Below, one piece after another: positions 1 through 9,849 of a stretch of 64,000 nucleotides of DNA. Where the stretch lies: the NCBI GenBank assembly GCA_050943135.1, contig JBMNOP010000003.1, positions 166,191 to 230,190 on the forward strand, read 5' to 3'. The number at the start of each line of letters is the position of its first letter. The first letter of the stretch is position 1. A program made the translations under genes and the position numbers. This stretch comes from Thermoguttaceae bacterium (GTDB taxonomy: Bacteria > Planctomycetota > Planctomycetia > Pirellulales > Thermoguttaceae). The notes beneath the pieces are model-generated. The model searched no databases. It saw only the letters and a list, made by a program, of their open reading frames with translations, and was not told the DNA's origin.

Positions 1-150
1 TTGGCTTAATCGAGTCTACGAATGGATGAAGGCGATGGGGTTCTGAGCTTCCCCTGGGTTATCCCCGAAGCACGCACCCGGGTCTTGGTCACCGAGAGGC
101 GTCCTCTGCGGTGACTCAGGTTAGGTTCTTACCGAAAAGGCTGAGACGTC

Positions 151-957
151 ATGAAAAGGTTTGGAATCTCGTTCCTTTTTTTCCTGTGGCTTGCGGGGGG
201 TTCTGCCGCCCTGTCCGCGGCCGAACCGTTAAAGGAGATTCGGACCGCACCCGAAGCGTTGGCCGGTGCCGAGTCTCATGTTCAGGGGATATGCTGTTCG
301 GAAGACGCGATCTTTCTTCTTTTCCGAAACCGAATCTGCAAAATCGACTGGGAAGGAAACCTGGTCAAAACAGCCGAGGTTCAGTCCCACGCCGGCGATC
401 CGACCTATGTCGACGGGCAGATTTTCGTCTCAATGTCGGAACCGGAAGGCCATGCGATTTTCGTCTTTGATGAAGAGCTGAACCTTACCGACCGAATCAA
501 GCTCGAAAAGACCGGCGCGGCCGACGGCATCGCTTTCATGAACGGGCATTTCTTTGTCGGCGGCCCTTCGGTCGGTCGGACTCCCCATTTCGAGAACCGT
601 GTGAACGTCTTCGACGCCGATTTTCACCTGATTCGCGAGATGAACGTCAATTTCGGCAGCCCGACGCATTACGGCACACAGGCCATCGAGGCGTACGACG
701 GAACGCTCCTCATGGCGTTTTATGTTCCCAAAGACGTCGAAACTCAAACGATTCGGACCGACCCGCAAATGAACGTGCTCGAACGTTACCCCGTTTTTGC
801 CGCAAACGGTATCGCGCTGGCTCCCCGGACCCGGCAGCGCGGGAAATCTCCCCGGTTTCTTCTCTGCACCACCGAGTACACTTCCGAGAAGCACCCGATC
901 GCCGTTTTGCGCTGGTACACGCTGAAGAGAGGGGAACTGGTCGATATCACGGAATAA
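151..957 (+). CDS. Secreted hypothetical protein with a cleavable signal peptide
   Basis: ATG at 151. The N-terminus MKRFGISFLFFLWLAGGSAALSAAEP is a typical Sec signal. The protein has a coherent globular composition, while the opposite-strand ORF 430..978 is low-complexity junk. No recognizable catalytic motif. Confidence 0.5.
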   Translation: MKRFGISFLFFLWLAGGSAALSAAEPLKEIRTAPEALAGAESHVQGICCSEDAIFLLFRNRICKIDWEGNLVKTAEVQSHAGDPTYVDGQIFVSMSEPEGHAIFVFDEELNLTDRIKLEKTGAADGIAFMNGHFFVGGPSVGRTPHFENRVNVFDADFHLIREMNVNFGSPTHYGTQAIEAYDGTLLMAFYVPKDVETQTIRTDPQMNVLERYPVFAANGIALAPRTRQRGKSPRFLLCTTEYTSEKHPIAVLRWYTLKRGELVDITE

Positions 958-1008
958 TGCCGCGGCATCGACAACCACCGCCGGAAAGACTTAAAACGAG
1001 ACCACACG

Positions 1009-2670
1009 ATGAACAGGATGAATCTTACACGCCGCCATTTTCTGAAGACCGCGTCACTCTCGGTTCCGGCCCTCACCGGACCGATGCTTTTTCCCGGAAC
1101 CCCACGTGCCGAACCCCTCTTTCCTCCGGGAACGTATCAAAAGATCGACAGTCCGGAAAGGCGATTTCATCTCAGCGCGTCGGTCGACGTTCTTGACATC
1201 GACCCCGACCTTCCCCCCCTTTGGAAAGAGTCGGGCGTTACCGATGTTTGGGTCGATACCTGGTTTTACGGGCATTTCCCCCACCCTTGGGAGAAAACCG
1301 ACCGTTATATCGACCGGCTCCGATCTCTCGGACTGACGCCGCACTTTATCGCCATCCCTTTCTGTCACGGCGGCGGCGCTCTTTCTCCGAGCGATCCCGA
1401 CGCGTTTCCGAATCTGCCCCCTCCCCATTGGAAGAGGGCCAAGCGTTTCGACGGATCGGAAATTTGGGGGTTCTCTTGGCACGCGCCGGCCGATCAGGAA
1501 CTTCTTGACGCCTCCCGTTTTCTCCTCGACCGGTATGGTCCCTACAACCTCTTCCTCGACGACGATTTTCGTTTTGCGAACAGTCCGTCCGATATCGGCG
1601 GTTGTGTCTGTGACGAGTGTCGCCGGGAATTCCTTCAAAAGACGGCGCAACCGGCTTGTCGATGGGACGAGCTCCTCGACGACCGACGCGAAAACCGCGA
1701 TACCCCCCTTCTCCGTTCTTGGGTCGATTTTGTCTGTGACAAACTCACCTACTGTTTCAATAAAACAGCCGACGCTTTGCCCGACGTGGATCTTGGCATC
1801 ATGGTGATGTTTATGGGGTCCGAACATTCGGGGATTCGGTTAGACGATTATCACGGACATCTTTTCCGGGTCGGGGAAATGATGTTCAACGATTTTTGGT
1901 TCAACGACCTGCGCAACAAGGCACGAGAACTTTTCAGTTCCCTGTTCCATCGCCGTTTCTGTTCGCCGGGCCGCGCCTTCAGCGAGACGACCGGATACAG
2001 GATCGCTAACCTCTCGCCGCAAAACATGGCGGCAAAACTGACGGTCTCGACCCTCTCCGACGTCCGGAACACGATGTTCATGTCGGGTCTTGAAATGATC
2101 CCGGCCTCCTATTGGTCGGTCCTCGCGCCGCGGATCCGGAAGGAGGCGAAGCTCCACCATCAGATCCGCGGTCGGAAAGCCACCGGTCCCTTCAAGCATT
2201 TCTGGGGAACGGCCGACCGTTACATGCAGGGGGACGACGCATTCTGCCTCTTCCTCCTTACCGGTGTTCCGTTCGAGGTCTGCGATACCCTTCCGACCGA
2301 CGGTTGGACATTCCTGGGCAACGCCTCTGCCGACGAAATGGAACGCGGTCTCCTCCTTTCGCCCGGAACCGTTTGCCTGGCGCGAAAAGATTCCGTTTCG
2401 GGAAGATACCGGAAACTCGCCGAGTCGTTTGAAAGTCTCTTCGAATTCCGGCGTTCTCTTCTCGTGACGTTTCGCGAAAAGAAGATTCCCTACATCGAAG
2501 AAGAAATCCCTTTGGTCCTCGGCCAATACACACTCGGTGACGGGAGCCCCGACCTTTTGCTCCTGTGGAATGTCAACGACGAAGAGAAAACGGTCCATCT
2601 GAAGATCGGGGAAGAAACAAAAGTCGTTACGGTGGCGGCGCTCGATTCGGCGCTTGTACCGATGGCATAA
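1009..2670 (+). CDS. Tat-signal secreted protein of unknown function
   Basis: The N-terminus MNRMNLTRRHFLKTASLSVPALTG carries a twin-arginine motif (RRHFLK). The ORF is 553 aa with Cys-rich patches (CVCDEC). No family recognized. Confidence 0.5.
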   Translation: MNRMNLTRRHFLKTASLSVPALTGPMLFPGTPRAEPLFPPGTYQKIDSPERRFHLSASVDVLDIDPDLPPLWKESGVTDVWVDTWFYGHFPHPWEKTDRYIDRLRSLGLTPHFIAIPFCHGGGALSPSDPDAFPNLPPPHWKRAKRFDGSEIWGFSWHAPADQELLDASRFLLDRYGPYNLFLDDDFRFANSPSDIGGCVCDECRREFLQKTAQPACRWDELLDDRRENRDTPLLRSWVDFVCDKLTYCFNKTADALPDVDLGIMVMFMGSEHSGIRLDDYHGHLFRVGEMMFNDFWFNDLRNKARELFSSLFHRRFCSPGRAFSETTGYRIANLSPQNMAAKLTVSTLSDVRNTMFMSGLEMIPASYWSVLAPRIRKEAKLHHQIRGRKATGPFKHFWGTADRYMQGDDAFCLFLLTGVPFEVCDTLPTDGWTFLGNASADEMERGLLLSPGTVCLARKDSVSGRYRKLAESFESLFEFRRSLLVTFREKKIPYIEEEIPLVLGQYTLGDGSPDLLLLWNVNDEEKTVHLKIGEETKVVTVAALDSALVPMA

Positions 2671-2711
2671 CCGAATCATTCACGGTACTCCATCATTTAG
2701 AAAGGCCCAAT

Positions 2712-4145
2712 ATGCTTTACGATAGATTCCGAAGAGCGTTTCTCCTCTTCCTGGCGGTCGGTCCGTTCGCGGCCCTTCCCCTGACCGGCTCTTGTGCCGG
2801 CAATACGGCGGCACCCGGGGTGAACATGGCCATCACGCCGGAAGAAGAAGATACCGGACGGTTCCGAGAGCAGGCCGCTCGGATGGAACAAGGGGATGTC
2901 GACCTCCTTTGGGTCGGCGATTCGATCACCCATTTCTGGGAAAACTACGGGAAAGATGTCTTCGAGAAATATTACGGCAACCGCAAATCGATGAATTTTG
3001 CGATCAGCGGCGACCGAACCGGTCATGTGATTTGGAGAATCCAACATTCCCCGATGAATAAAATCCGTCCCAAGATGGCGGTCGTGATGATCGGCACCAA
3101 CAACATCGGCCACAAATCGAGCACACCCGCGCAATCGGTCGAAGGGATCCAAAAAATCGTCGATATGCTCAAGGAGCAGTATCCGGACATGAACATCCTT
3201 CTTTTGGAAGTCTTCCCCAGGGGCGAAAAACCTGATGATCCTGATCGCCGAGGGGTCGAGGAAATCAACGCCGGACTCAGAAAAATCTACAAAGACCGAA
3301 AAGTCAAAAATGTCAAACTTTATTCGATCAACGACCTTTTCCTCGACGAAAACGGCAATCTTCCCGCCGCGTTGATGCCCGACTCTCTCCATCCGAATGC
3401 GGCCGGTTATGAACTCTGGGCCTCGGCGATCGAACCTTTTGTCATCGAGGGGCTCGGCGAAAAGCCGTCGGTTCTCGAAGAACCCGAAGACAAATCGATC
3501 TGCGACTCCTATTTTTTCCGGGATCAGTGCAAACTTCTTCGCGAAAAGAAGGATTATAAGATCCTGATGTTCGGCAACTCGATCACCCACAACTGGGTTC
3601 GCGTCGACACTCCCGAACAGAGGAGCGTCTGGGAAAAGTATTACGGAAGCAAAGGGGCGGTCAATCTTGCCGTCGGCGGCGACATCATCCCCGGGCAAAT
3701 CTGGCGGTATAAGAATTACCCGCTCGACGGGATTCAACCCAAATTGATATTCCTCGAAATCGGCGTGAACGACCTGACCGCGATCGAAACCCCGAAAGAG
3801 GAAGTGGCCTACGGGAATCGATACCTTGTCAAGGCGTTTCGGAAACGCTGGCCGACGGTTCCGATCATTGTGATGAAGATGATCCCGTTCCAGTTCGACG
3901 GCAACCCGAAACACGACGGCGCCACGTATCAGAGCTGGGTCGATGCCTACAACGAGATCATTCCCCTCTATGTTCGTGATATTCCGAACGTCCATCTCGT
4001 CGATATCAGCGACCTTTACCGCGACGAGAACGGTAAGGCGATTCCCGAACTCATGGACGGGATTCTGGTCCACCCGAACACCGAGGGGTACCGACTTTGG
4101 GGCGAACGCCTCGATCCGATGGTCGAAGGATTCCTGAAAGAATAA
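2712..4145 (+). CDS. Secreted tandem SGNH/GDSL-type esterase (two SGNH hydrolase domains)
   Basis: ATG at 2712 follows a GAAAGG ribosome-binding site; the longer ORF starting at 2565 would overlap the previous gene. Signal peptide MLYDRFRRAFLLFLAVGPFAALPLTGS. Two GDS-block motifs are present (LLWVGDSITHFW and ILMFGNSITHNW), each followed by a later DxxH-type block (DSLHPN / GILVHPN). Paralogous to 43122..44510. Confidence 0.7.
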   Translation: MLYDRFRRAFLLFLAVGPFAALPLTGSCAGNTAAPGVNMAITPEEEDTGRFREQAARMEQGDVDLLWVGDSITHFWENYGKDVFEKYYGNRKSMNFAISGDRTGHVIWRIQHSPMNKIRPKMAVVMIGTNNIGHKSSTPAQSVEGIQKIVDMLKEQYPDMNILLLEVFPRGEKPDDPDRRGVEEINAGLRKIYKDRKVKNVKLYSINDLFLDENGNLPAALMPDSLHPNAAGYELWASAIEPFVIEGLGEKPSVLEEPEDKSICDSYFFRDQCKLLREKKDYKILMFGNSITHNWVRVDTPEQRSVWEKYYGSKGAVNLAVGGDIIPGQIWRYKNYPLDGIQPKLIFLEIGVNDLTAIETPKEEVAYGNRYLVKAFRKRWPTVPIIVMKMIPFQFDGNPKHDGATYQSWVDAYNEIIPLYVRDIPNVHLVDISDLYRDENGKAIPELMDGILVHPNTEGYRLWGERLDPMVEGFLKE

Positions 4146-4253
4146 GAGAAACGCCTAAAGAGCGCGAAAGCCGAAAAACCCGGAAGACAGGGTCGGCCCT
4201 TTTCCGGGTTTTCGATTTTTGGAGTTCGTGATCTCTTGGGAAGAAACCGTCTT

Positions 4254-4481
4254 TCAGAACTTTTTCACGCCGTGTAGGATATACATTTTGTCGGCGTTCG
4301 GCTCGATCTCGGCTTTGACCACCGACTCTTCCCATTGGTCGCCGTCGATTTCTTCGATCGAGATCGAGATCGCCTCTTGCCGGCAACCCCAGACCTCGAG
4401 GAGGGCCTGATTGATCCTCTCGACCAGTCTCTCCTTAATTTCGGCGGTCTTCGGTTTCCCTTTGATTCGGATGTACGGCAT
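4254..4481 (-). CDS. 4-oxalocrotonate tautomerase-family protein
   Basis: Start chosen at MPYIRIKG, giving the catalytic Pro1 after Met that defines the tautomerase superfamily. AAGGAG sits 7 nt upstream. The ORF is about 75 aa. Confidence 0.5.
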   Translation of the reverse strand: MPYIRIKGKPKTAEIKERLVERINQALLEVWGCRQEAISISIEEIDGDQWEESVVKAEIEPNADKMYILHGVKKF

Positions 4482-4586
4482 GTTGGTCTCCTTTTTTCGA
4501 ATGATGGTTTCTCTTTCACCGAAACCGTCGAGGTTCTTGATCACGTCGTTCGTTGTCATCAAGGGCAGACGGTCGTCCGGTTGATT

Positions 4587-5174
4587 TTACTCCCCGTGGG
4601 GCGATGTCGAAGGTTCGACTCGGATCTCTTTGATCTTTTTCGCCGGGTTCCCGCCGACGACCACGTGGGGGGCGACATCTTTGGTGACCACCGCCCCGGC
4701 AGCCACAACCGATCCCGCGCCGACGGTCACGCCGGGCATGATTTTCGCCCCTTCCCCGATCCAAGCCCCTTTTTTGATCCGGATCGGCGCGCAGCGGAGA
4801 ATCTCCCGATCGTTCAGATCGTGGTTTGCGGTGACGAGCGAAACGTTCGGGGCAATGCGGACATCATCTTCGATATCAATCCCGCCGGTCGAGACGGTAT
4901 TGAAGTTCCAGTTGATAAAGACGTTCCTGCCGATGCGGATCGTTTTGCCACGGTCGATATGCACCGGTGTAAGAATGAGCGAGGATTTCGGAAGCCTTCC
5001 TTCGAACAATTCGTCGAGAAGCGGCCTGATTTCATCGCTGTATGGCTCAAGACTGTTGATCCGATGGCAGAGTGTACGGCTTCGCACCATTTCGGGACCG
5101 AGAACCGCTTGGTAACCTTCATCGGTTCGCATATCGATCGGTTCGCCGCGCAGCGCTTTTTTGTAAGGATCCAT
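4587..5174 (-). CDS. maa: Hexapeptide-repeat (left-handed beta-helix) O-acetyltransferase, maltose/galactoside O-acetyltransferase-like
   Basis: ATG at 5174 (MDPYKKAL). Hexapeptide repeats (IGRNVFINWNFNTV, IEDDVRIAPNVSLVTANH, GAWIGEGAKIMPGVTVGAGSVVAAGAVVTKDV) and a C-terminal GGNPAK match the Maa/LacA/NodL family. Confidence 0.75.
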   Translation of the reverse strand: MDPYKKALRGEPIDMRTDEGYQAVLGPEMVRSRTLCHRINSLEPYSDEIRPLLDELFEGRLPKSSLILTPVHIDRGKTIRIGRNVFINWNFNTVSTGGIDIEDDVRIAPNVSLVTANHDLNDREILRCAPIRIKKGAWIGEGAKIMPGVTVGAGSVVAAGAVVTKDVAPHVVVGGNPAKKIKEIRVEPSTSPHGE

Positions 5175-5218
5175 GCCTCTCTCGTGGTTTGGGCGTCTCG
5201 CTTTGGGTGGGGTGCCGC

Positions 5219-7741
5219 TTAAGATTTCCGGCGTCGATGGGCCGCGAGGTATTTTCCCGTTTCGCTTTTTTTGCATGCGGCGACCTCTTCCGGTGGTCCG
5301 CAAACGACGATTCGTCCGCCATCTTCTCCGCCGCCCGGGCCCATGTCGACCAGATAGTCGGCATTGGCAATCAGGTCGAGGTCGTGTTCGATCACCACGA
5401 CCGTTGCGCCGTGCCCGATGAGGCGGTGGATCACCTCAAGGAGGGTCAAGACATTGAGCGGATGAAGCCCGATGGTCGGTTCGTCAAAAACGAAGAGCGA
5501 GTCGGCTTGTTTCTTTCCCATTTCCGAAGCAAGTTTCAGGCGTTGCGCCTCACCGCCGGAAAGACTCGGAGTCTCTTCCCCCAGAGTAAGGTAACCGAGC
5601 CCGAGCTCGTGAAGGACCCGGAGCCGACGTTCGAGCAACCGAATATTCTCGCATGCCGAAAGCGCCTCGTCAATACTCATCTCCATCAGTTCCGGGAGAG
5701 AATATTCTTCGCCCTTCTTTTTCAGAGCACAGCGCAGAAGTCCCGCTTCTTTTCCGTAACGCGAGCCGCCGCATTCCGGACAGGGAATATCGACATCGGG
5801 AAGAAATTGCACATCAAGGCTGATCTTTCCGGTGCCTTCACAAACCGGACATCGAAGACGTCCGGTGTTGTAGGAGAAATCGCCCGCTTGAAAACCCCTT
5901 TCCTTCGCTTGCGGTGACTGGGCAAATATCTTTCGCAGTTCGTCGTGGACATTGGCGTAAGTTGCCACGGTCGACCGAACGTTGATCCCGATCGGGGTCG
6001 CGTCGATCAGTTTGGTCTGAGTGATCCCCCCGGCCTCGATCGCGTTGACATGCTCCGGTAACTTTTCGCCCTTGGTCAGGGAATCGAGGGCGGGGATCAG
6101 GCTTTCGAGAACAAGGGTCGTCTTCCCCGAACCGGAAACGCCGGTGACCACGGTCATACGCCCTTTCGGAATCTCGACTTCGAGCGGTTTGACGGTATGG
6201 ATGTTCGAAGTCGAAAGCCGGAGCCTGCCCCGTTCAAAGAGATGCTCTCGCCGGATGGGGCGACGCGAGGCAACGATCGATTTGCCCGAAAGAAACCCTC
6301 CGATCTTCGAGGCGGGAGACTTTTCGATCTGCGCGACAGAACCTTCCGCAATGACCGTCCCCCCTTGCGTTCCGGCATCGGGCCCCAGCTCGATGATCCA
6401 GTCGGCCCGACGGAGCAGGTTCGTATCGTGATCGACCAGGATCACCGAGTTCCCGTCGGCGACAAGGTCGTCGAGTACGCCGCAGAGCCCTTCGAGGTTC
6501 GAGGGGTGGAGTCCGATCGAAGGTTCGTCTAACACGTAGAGAACACCGGTCGTGCGATTCCGAACCGCGCGGGCCAACTGCATCCGTTGTCTTTCCCCCG
6601 TCGAAAGGGTCGAGGCGCCACGGTCCAACGTCAGGTACGAAAGCCCCAGGTCGAGGAGGCGTTTCGAGGTGTGCAGGAACGACTCGGCGATCGATTCGGC
6701 CATCGGGCGCATTGCGTCCGGCACCGAGGCGGGAACTCCCCGTACCCACCCGACGATTTCGCCGAGCGTCATCATGCAGGCCCGATCGAGCGATATCCCG
6801 CGCAATTTCGGCGACCGTGCCACGTCCGAAAGTCTCGAACCGCCGCAGTCGGGACAGGTTTCTTGGCGAAGGAACTTTTCGACCCGCTTCATCCCCTTTT
6901 CGTCTTTTACCTTCGACAGCGCGTTTTCTACCGTATAGGTGGCGTTGAAGTAGGTAAAATCCATGTCGCCGGCAGCGCCGTTGGTCCGGTTCTGGTAGAC
7001 GATATTGACCTTGACCGCAGGACCGCGGAAAACGATGTTCCGTTCCTTTTTGGTTAACTTCTTAAAGGGAACGTCGGTACGTACCCCCAACTCGCGGGCA
7101 ATATCTTTCATCAGGGACCACATCAGCGTCTGCCAGGGAGCGACCGCCCCTTCGTCGATCGAAAGATTTTCGTTCGGAACAAGGGTCGATTCATCCACGG
7201 TACGGACAATGCCGGTCCCTTCGCACCGCTGACACGCGCCGCCCGAATTGAACGCCAAATCTTCCGCGCCCGGAGCGAAGAAACGCGCCCCGCACGTCGG
7301 GCAAACCAGTTCCTCTTCGGCTGCCACGGCCAGGGTCGGTTCGAGATAGTGCCCGTTCGGACAGCGGTGGCTCGCCAGTCGGGAATAGAGGAGCCGCAAG
7401 CTGTTCAGAAGTTCGGAACCCGTCCCGAACGTGCTGCGAATTCCCGGAACGCCGGGCCGCTGACGCAGTGCCAAGGAGGCGGGCACATAGAGGACCTCAT
7501 CGACCAGCGCCTTTTCGACTTGGGTCATGCGGCGCCGTGTGTAGGTGGAAAGCGATTCGAGGTAGCGGCGCGAGCCTTCGGCATAGAGGATCCCCAACGC
7601 CAACGAAGATTTCCCCGACCCGGAAACACCGGCGATGCCGACGATTTTGTTCAGGGGGACATCGACATCGATCTTCTTGAGGTTATGGACCCTGGCCCCG
7701 CGAACCAGGATGTGCGAAGGAATGTTGTTGTTTGCGGTCAC
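5219..7741 (-). CDS. uvrA: UvrA paralogue (class II UvrA / DrrC-like ABC ATPase, 840 aa)
   Basis: GTG start. Two ABC ATPase modules are present, with Walker A motifs GVSGSGKSSL and GVSGSGKTTL and signature motifs LSTGERQR and LSGGEAQR. Zn-finger Cys pairs (CPNGH...CPTCG; CPDCGGSR) are present. At 840 aa it is shorter than canonical UvrA and apparently lacks the UvrB-binding domain. Confidence 0.85.
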   Translation of the reverse strand: MTANNNIPSHILVRGARVHNLKKIDVDVPLNKIVGIAGVSGSGKSSLALGILYAEGSRRYLESLSTYTRRRMTQVEKALVDEVLYVPASLALRQRPGVPGIRSTFGTGSELLNSLRLLYSRLASHRCPNGHYLEPTLAVAAEEELVCPTCGARFFAPGAEDLAFNSGGACQRCEGTGIVRTVDESTLVPNENLSIDEGAVAPWQTLMWSLMKDIARELGVRTDVPFKKLTKKERNIVFRGPAVKVNIVYQNRTNGAAGDMDFTYFNATYTVENALSKVKDEKGMKRVEKFLRQETCPDCGGSRLSDVARSPKLRGISLDRACMMTLGEIVGWVRGVPASVPDAMRPMAESIAESFLHTSKRLLDLGLSYLTLDRGASTLSTGERQRMQLARAVRNRTTGVLYVLDEPSIGLHPSNLEGLCGVLDDLVADGNSVILVDHDTNLLRRADWIIELGPDAGTQGGTVIAEGSVAQIEKSPASKIGGFLSGKSIVASRRPIRREHLFERGRLRLSTSNIHTVKPLEVEIPKGRMTVVTGVSGSGKTTLVLESLIPALDSLTKGEKLPEHVNAIEAGGITQTKLIDATPIGINVRSTVATYANVHDELRKIFAQSPQAKERGFQAGDFSYNTGRLRCPVCEGTGKISLDVQFLPDVDIPCPECGGSRYGKEAGLLRCALKKKGEEYSLPELMEMSIDEALSACENIRLLERRLRVLHELGLGYLTLGEETPSLSGGEAQRLKLASEMGKKQADSLFVFDEPTIGLHPLNVLTLLEVIHRLIGHGATVVVIEHDLDLIANADYLVDMGPGGGEDGGRIVVCGPPEEVAACKKSETGKYLAAHRRRKS

Positions 7742-7771
7742 TGATCGCCTCGGTCGATCCCGACGACCTTC

Positions 7772-8416
7772 TTAACGGTCGCCGAAATATCGGATATTTT
7801 TCTCTTTGTATCGGCGTTTCGAGACGGTGGGGTACTCCGCGACGATCTTCCGATAACAGGGGCAGTTCTTGTCGTGGTCGTTGACGATCCCGCTGGCCTG
7901 CAGGTGGGAATAGACGGTAATCGTGCCGAGATACCTGAACCCCCGCCTTTTCAAATCGGCGCTGATTTTGTCGGAAAGGCCGTTGCTGGCCGGAATCCAT
8001 CCTTCGTCGTGCTTGTCGTACAAGATGACCTTCCCGTCGGAATAGGCCCAGAGGTAATCGCTGAACGATCGGTATTCCTCTCGGATTTTTTGAAACGAGC
8101 GGGCGTTATGGATCACCGCCTCGATCTTTCGCCGCGAGCGGATCATTCCCGGGGTGTTCATGATCCGCTCGATATCCGATTCGGTGTACCCGGCGATTCG
8201 GTCGTACGCAAACCGATCGAAACAGGCGCGGAATATTTCCCGTTTTCGGAGGACCAGGTTCCAATTCAGGCCGCACTGCATCACTTCCATCATCAGGAAT
8301 TCGAACTGACCGCGGTCGTCGTCGAGGGGGACCCCCCATTCCGTGTCGTGGTAGCGGAGACTCTCTTCCGATGTTAGCGCCCAGCGACAGTAGCTCACGG
8401 TTATTCTTTCCCCCAA
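7772..8416 (-). CDS. tag: DNA-3-methyladenine glycosylase I
   Basis: TTG start. CRWA...YHDTEWGVP, the GLNW motif and a C-terminal ...NDH..NCPCY zinc site align along the whole length with E. coli Tag. Confidence 0.85.
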   Translation of the reverse strand: MGERITVSYCRWALTSEESLRYHDTEWGVPLDDDRGQFEFLMMEVMQCGLNWNLVLRKREIFRACFDRFAYDRIAGYTESDIERIMNTPGMIRSRRKIEAVIHNARSFQKIREEYRSFSDYLWAYSDGKVILYDKHDEGWIPASNGLSDKISADLKRRGFRYLGTITVYSHLQASGIVNDHDKNCPCYRKIVAEYPTVSKRRYKEKNIRYFGDR

Positions 8417-8432
8417 TCGTTTCGGCCGAATA

Positions 8433-9650
8433 TCAGAGTCTCAGGAAGGTTTTGTTCTTGTAGAGTAACCAGAGGAACCACCAGGTGAGCCCGAACCCGG
8501 TCAGGGCCAGGAGGGGGGCGTACCAGACCCCGATATGGTGCTCAAGTCCCCCGAGGAATTTCCCGGCGATCGCCTGGAAGTCGACGAAATACGGGAGCAT
8601 GTAGGTCACAATGGAGTTCATCCCGATCACCAGCAGGAAGGTTTTGAAGAGGGGGAACCGAAGAACATCGTAGACCTCGTGGAAGATGCCCAGAAGGATG
8701 TAAGAAATGCCGCTGGCGTAAAGGACCATCGACGGAGTCCAGAGATGCTTGATCAGCGGGCAGTAGCCGAAAACCCCTTGCGGGACCTTGCCCCAGAACC
8801 AGCCTGTCACGGCACACAGAACCCCGATCGCCACCAGAAAGAGTGCGGTCAGGTGCCCCGACTTTCCGGTCTCGGTACGCCACCTGATGAACTGGCCCCC
8901 CAACAGGCCGGAGATTGCCGTCGCGCCGAAAGTCAAGGTGCTCAGAATCCAGGTATAGTGGTATTCCTCCGAGAACGACCACGTGCCGTCGGATTGAAAA
9001 GAAACCCCGTCCATCCACCGTCCGAGAACCGCACGGTCGATCACTTCGGCCAGGTTGGTGCCCGGTTCGAACCCCTTGCCGGAAAATGTCATCGCGAGCC
9101 AATACGCCAGCATCAAGAGGAAGGCCGCGGCCAGGGTCCCCCACTTATTGAACAGGAGATAACAGGCGACGGCGATCACGTAGCCCGCGGCGATCGCCTG
9201 CAAGGTGTTCGAGTAAAGACGCAGCCCCTCCCAGCGGAAGTCGAGCAGGTTTCCCTGAGCGATCATTCCGAAAATCCAGAGCAGGAGCACACGACGAACC
9301 AGACGACACCAAAACCGTGCCCGGGAAGGATTCGGGTTCGATTCGCTCTTCTTGTATTTCGCCATGGAATAGCAGATCGTGACCCCCGACATGAACATGA
9401 AAAGGGGCATGATCAAATCGTAGAGCGTGAACCCTTCCCATTCGGAATGACGGCAAACAAAGTCGGCGAGCGAATCCCAACGTTCTTTGTTCGGGAAAAA
9501 CCTGTTCAGAAGTTCGCGAGAAGCTTGGAAAATCGGGCAGAGACCAAAAAGGAGAAAAAGGTCGAATCCGCGCAAGGCGTCGAGCGAAACCAAACGTTTT
9601 TTGGCAGGGGGGTCGGGTAACACGTTTTGGGTCGTCGCATGTTCGGTCAT
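8433..9650 (-). CDS. Integral-membrane acyltransferase, DUF5009/DUF1624 (HGSNAT-like) family
   Basis: The conserved N-terminal motif RLVSLDALRGFDLFLLFGL is followed by about 10 predicted transmembrane segments. ATG at 9650 has an AAGGAG upstream; the alternative TTG at 9737 would add 29 aa. Confidence 0.6.
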   Translation of the reverse strand: MTEHATTQNVLPDPPAKKRLVSLDALRGFDLFLLFGLCPIFQASRELLNRFFPNKERWDSLADFVCRHSEWEGFTLYDLIMPLFMFMSGVTICYSMAKYKKSESNPNPSRARFWCRLVRRVLLLWIFGMIAQGNLLDFRWEGLRLYSNTLQAIAAGYVIAVACYLLFNKWGTLAAAFLLMLAYWLAMTFSGKGFEPGTNLAEVIDRAVLGRWMDGVSFQSDGTWSFSEEYHYTWILSTLTFGATAISGLLGGQFIRWRTETGKSGHLTALFLVAIGVLCAVTGWFWGKVPQGVFGYCPLIKHLWTPSMVLYASGISYILLGIFHEVYDVLRFPLFKTFLLVIGMNSIVTYMLPYFVDFQAIAGKFLGGLEHHIGVWYAPLLALTGFGLTWWFLWLLYKNKTFLRL

Positions 9651-9849
9651 CGGTCTATCAACTCCTTTCGGTCGCGGGCAACGTCCCCTCCCGGTAAAAC
9701 CCTGCGCGATTATAACGATGTTGCCGCGGCGGGTCAATCGATGCTGTCGGCCGGATGTCCCGGAAAAAGGTTCGCGACCTTGCCCGACAAAATCGCGAAC
9801 CTTCGGTTTTTACGCGCAAGACCGGCAACCGCCGCCCCAGGCGGAAAGG

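Noticed and set aside
111-481. Short ORFs 111-470 and 266-481 overlapping the first gene.
   Set aside because: They are in different frames from a gene that has a clear signal peptide. Their products are Arg-rich and low-complexity.
2565-2711. N-terminal extension of the SGNH esterase ORF (MECQRRRENG…) overlapping the 3' end of the preceding gene.
   Set aside because: The extension is Arg/Gly-rich junk in a different frame from gene 1009-2670. An ATG with a ribosome-binding site and a signal peptide begins at 2712.
4600-4620. tRNA T-arm-like GGTTCGACTCGG.
   Set aside because: It lies inside the maa coding region. No acceptor, D or anticodon stems can be built around it.
8417-9737. Longer DUF5009 ORF starting at 9737 (MTRRGNIV…).
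   Set aside because: That start is a TTG with no ribosome-binding site. The ATG at 9650 has an AAGGAG upstream and still precedes the conserved RLVSLDALRGFD motif. It is kept as an alternative, not excluded.
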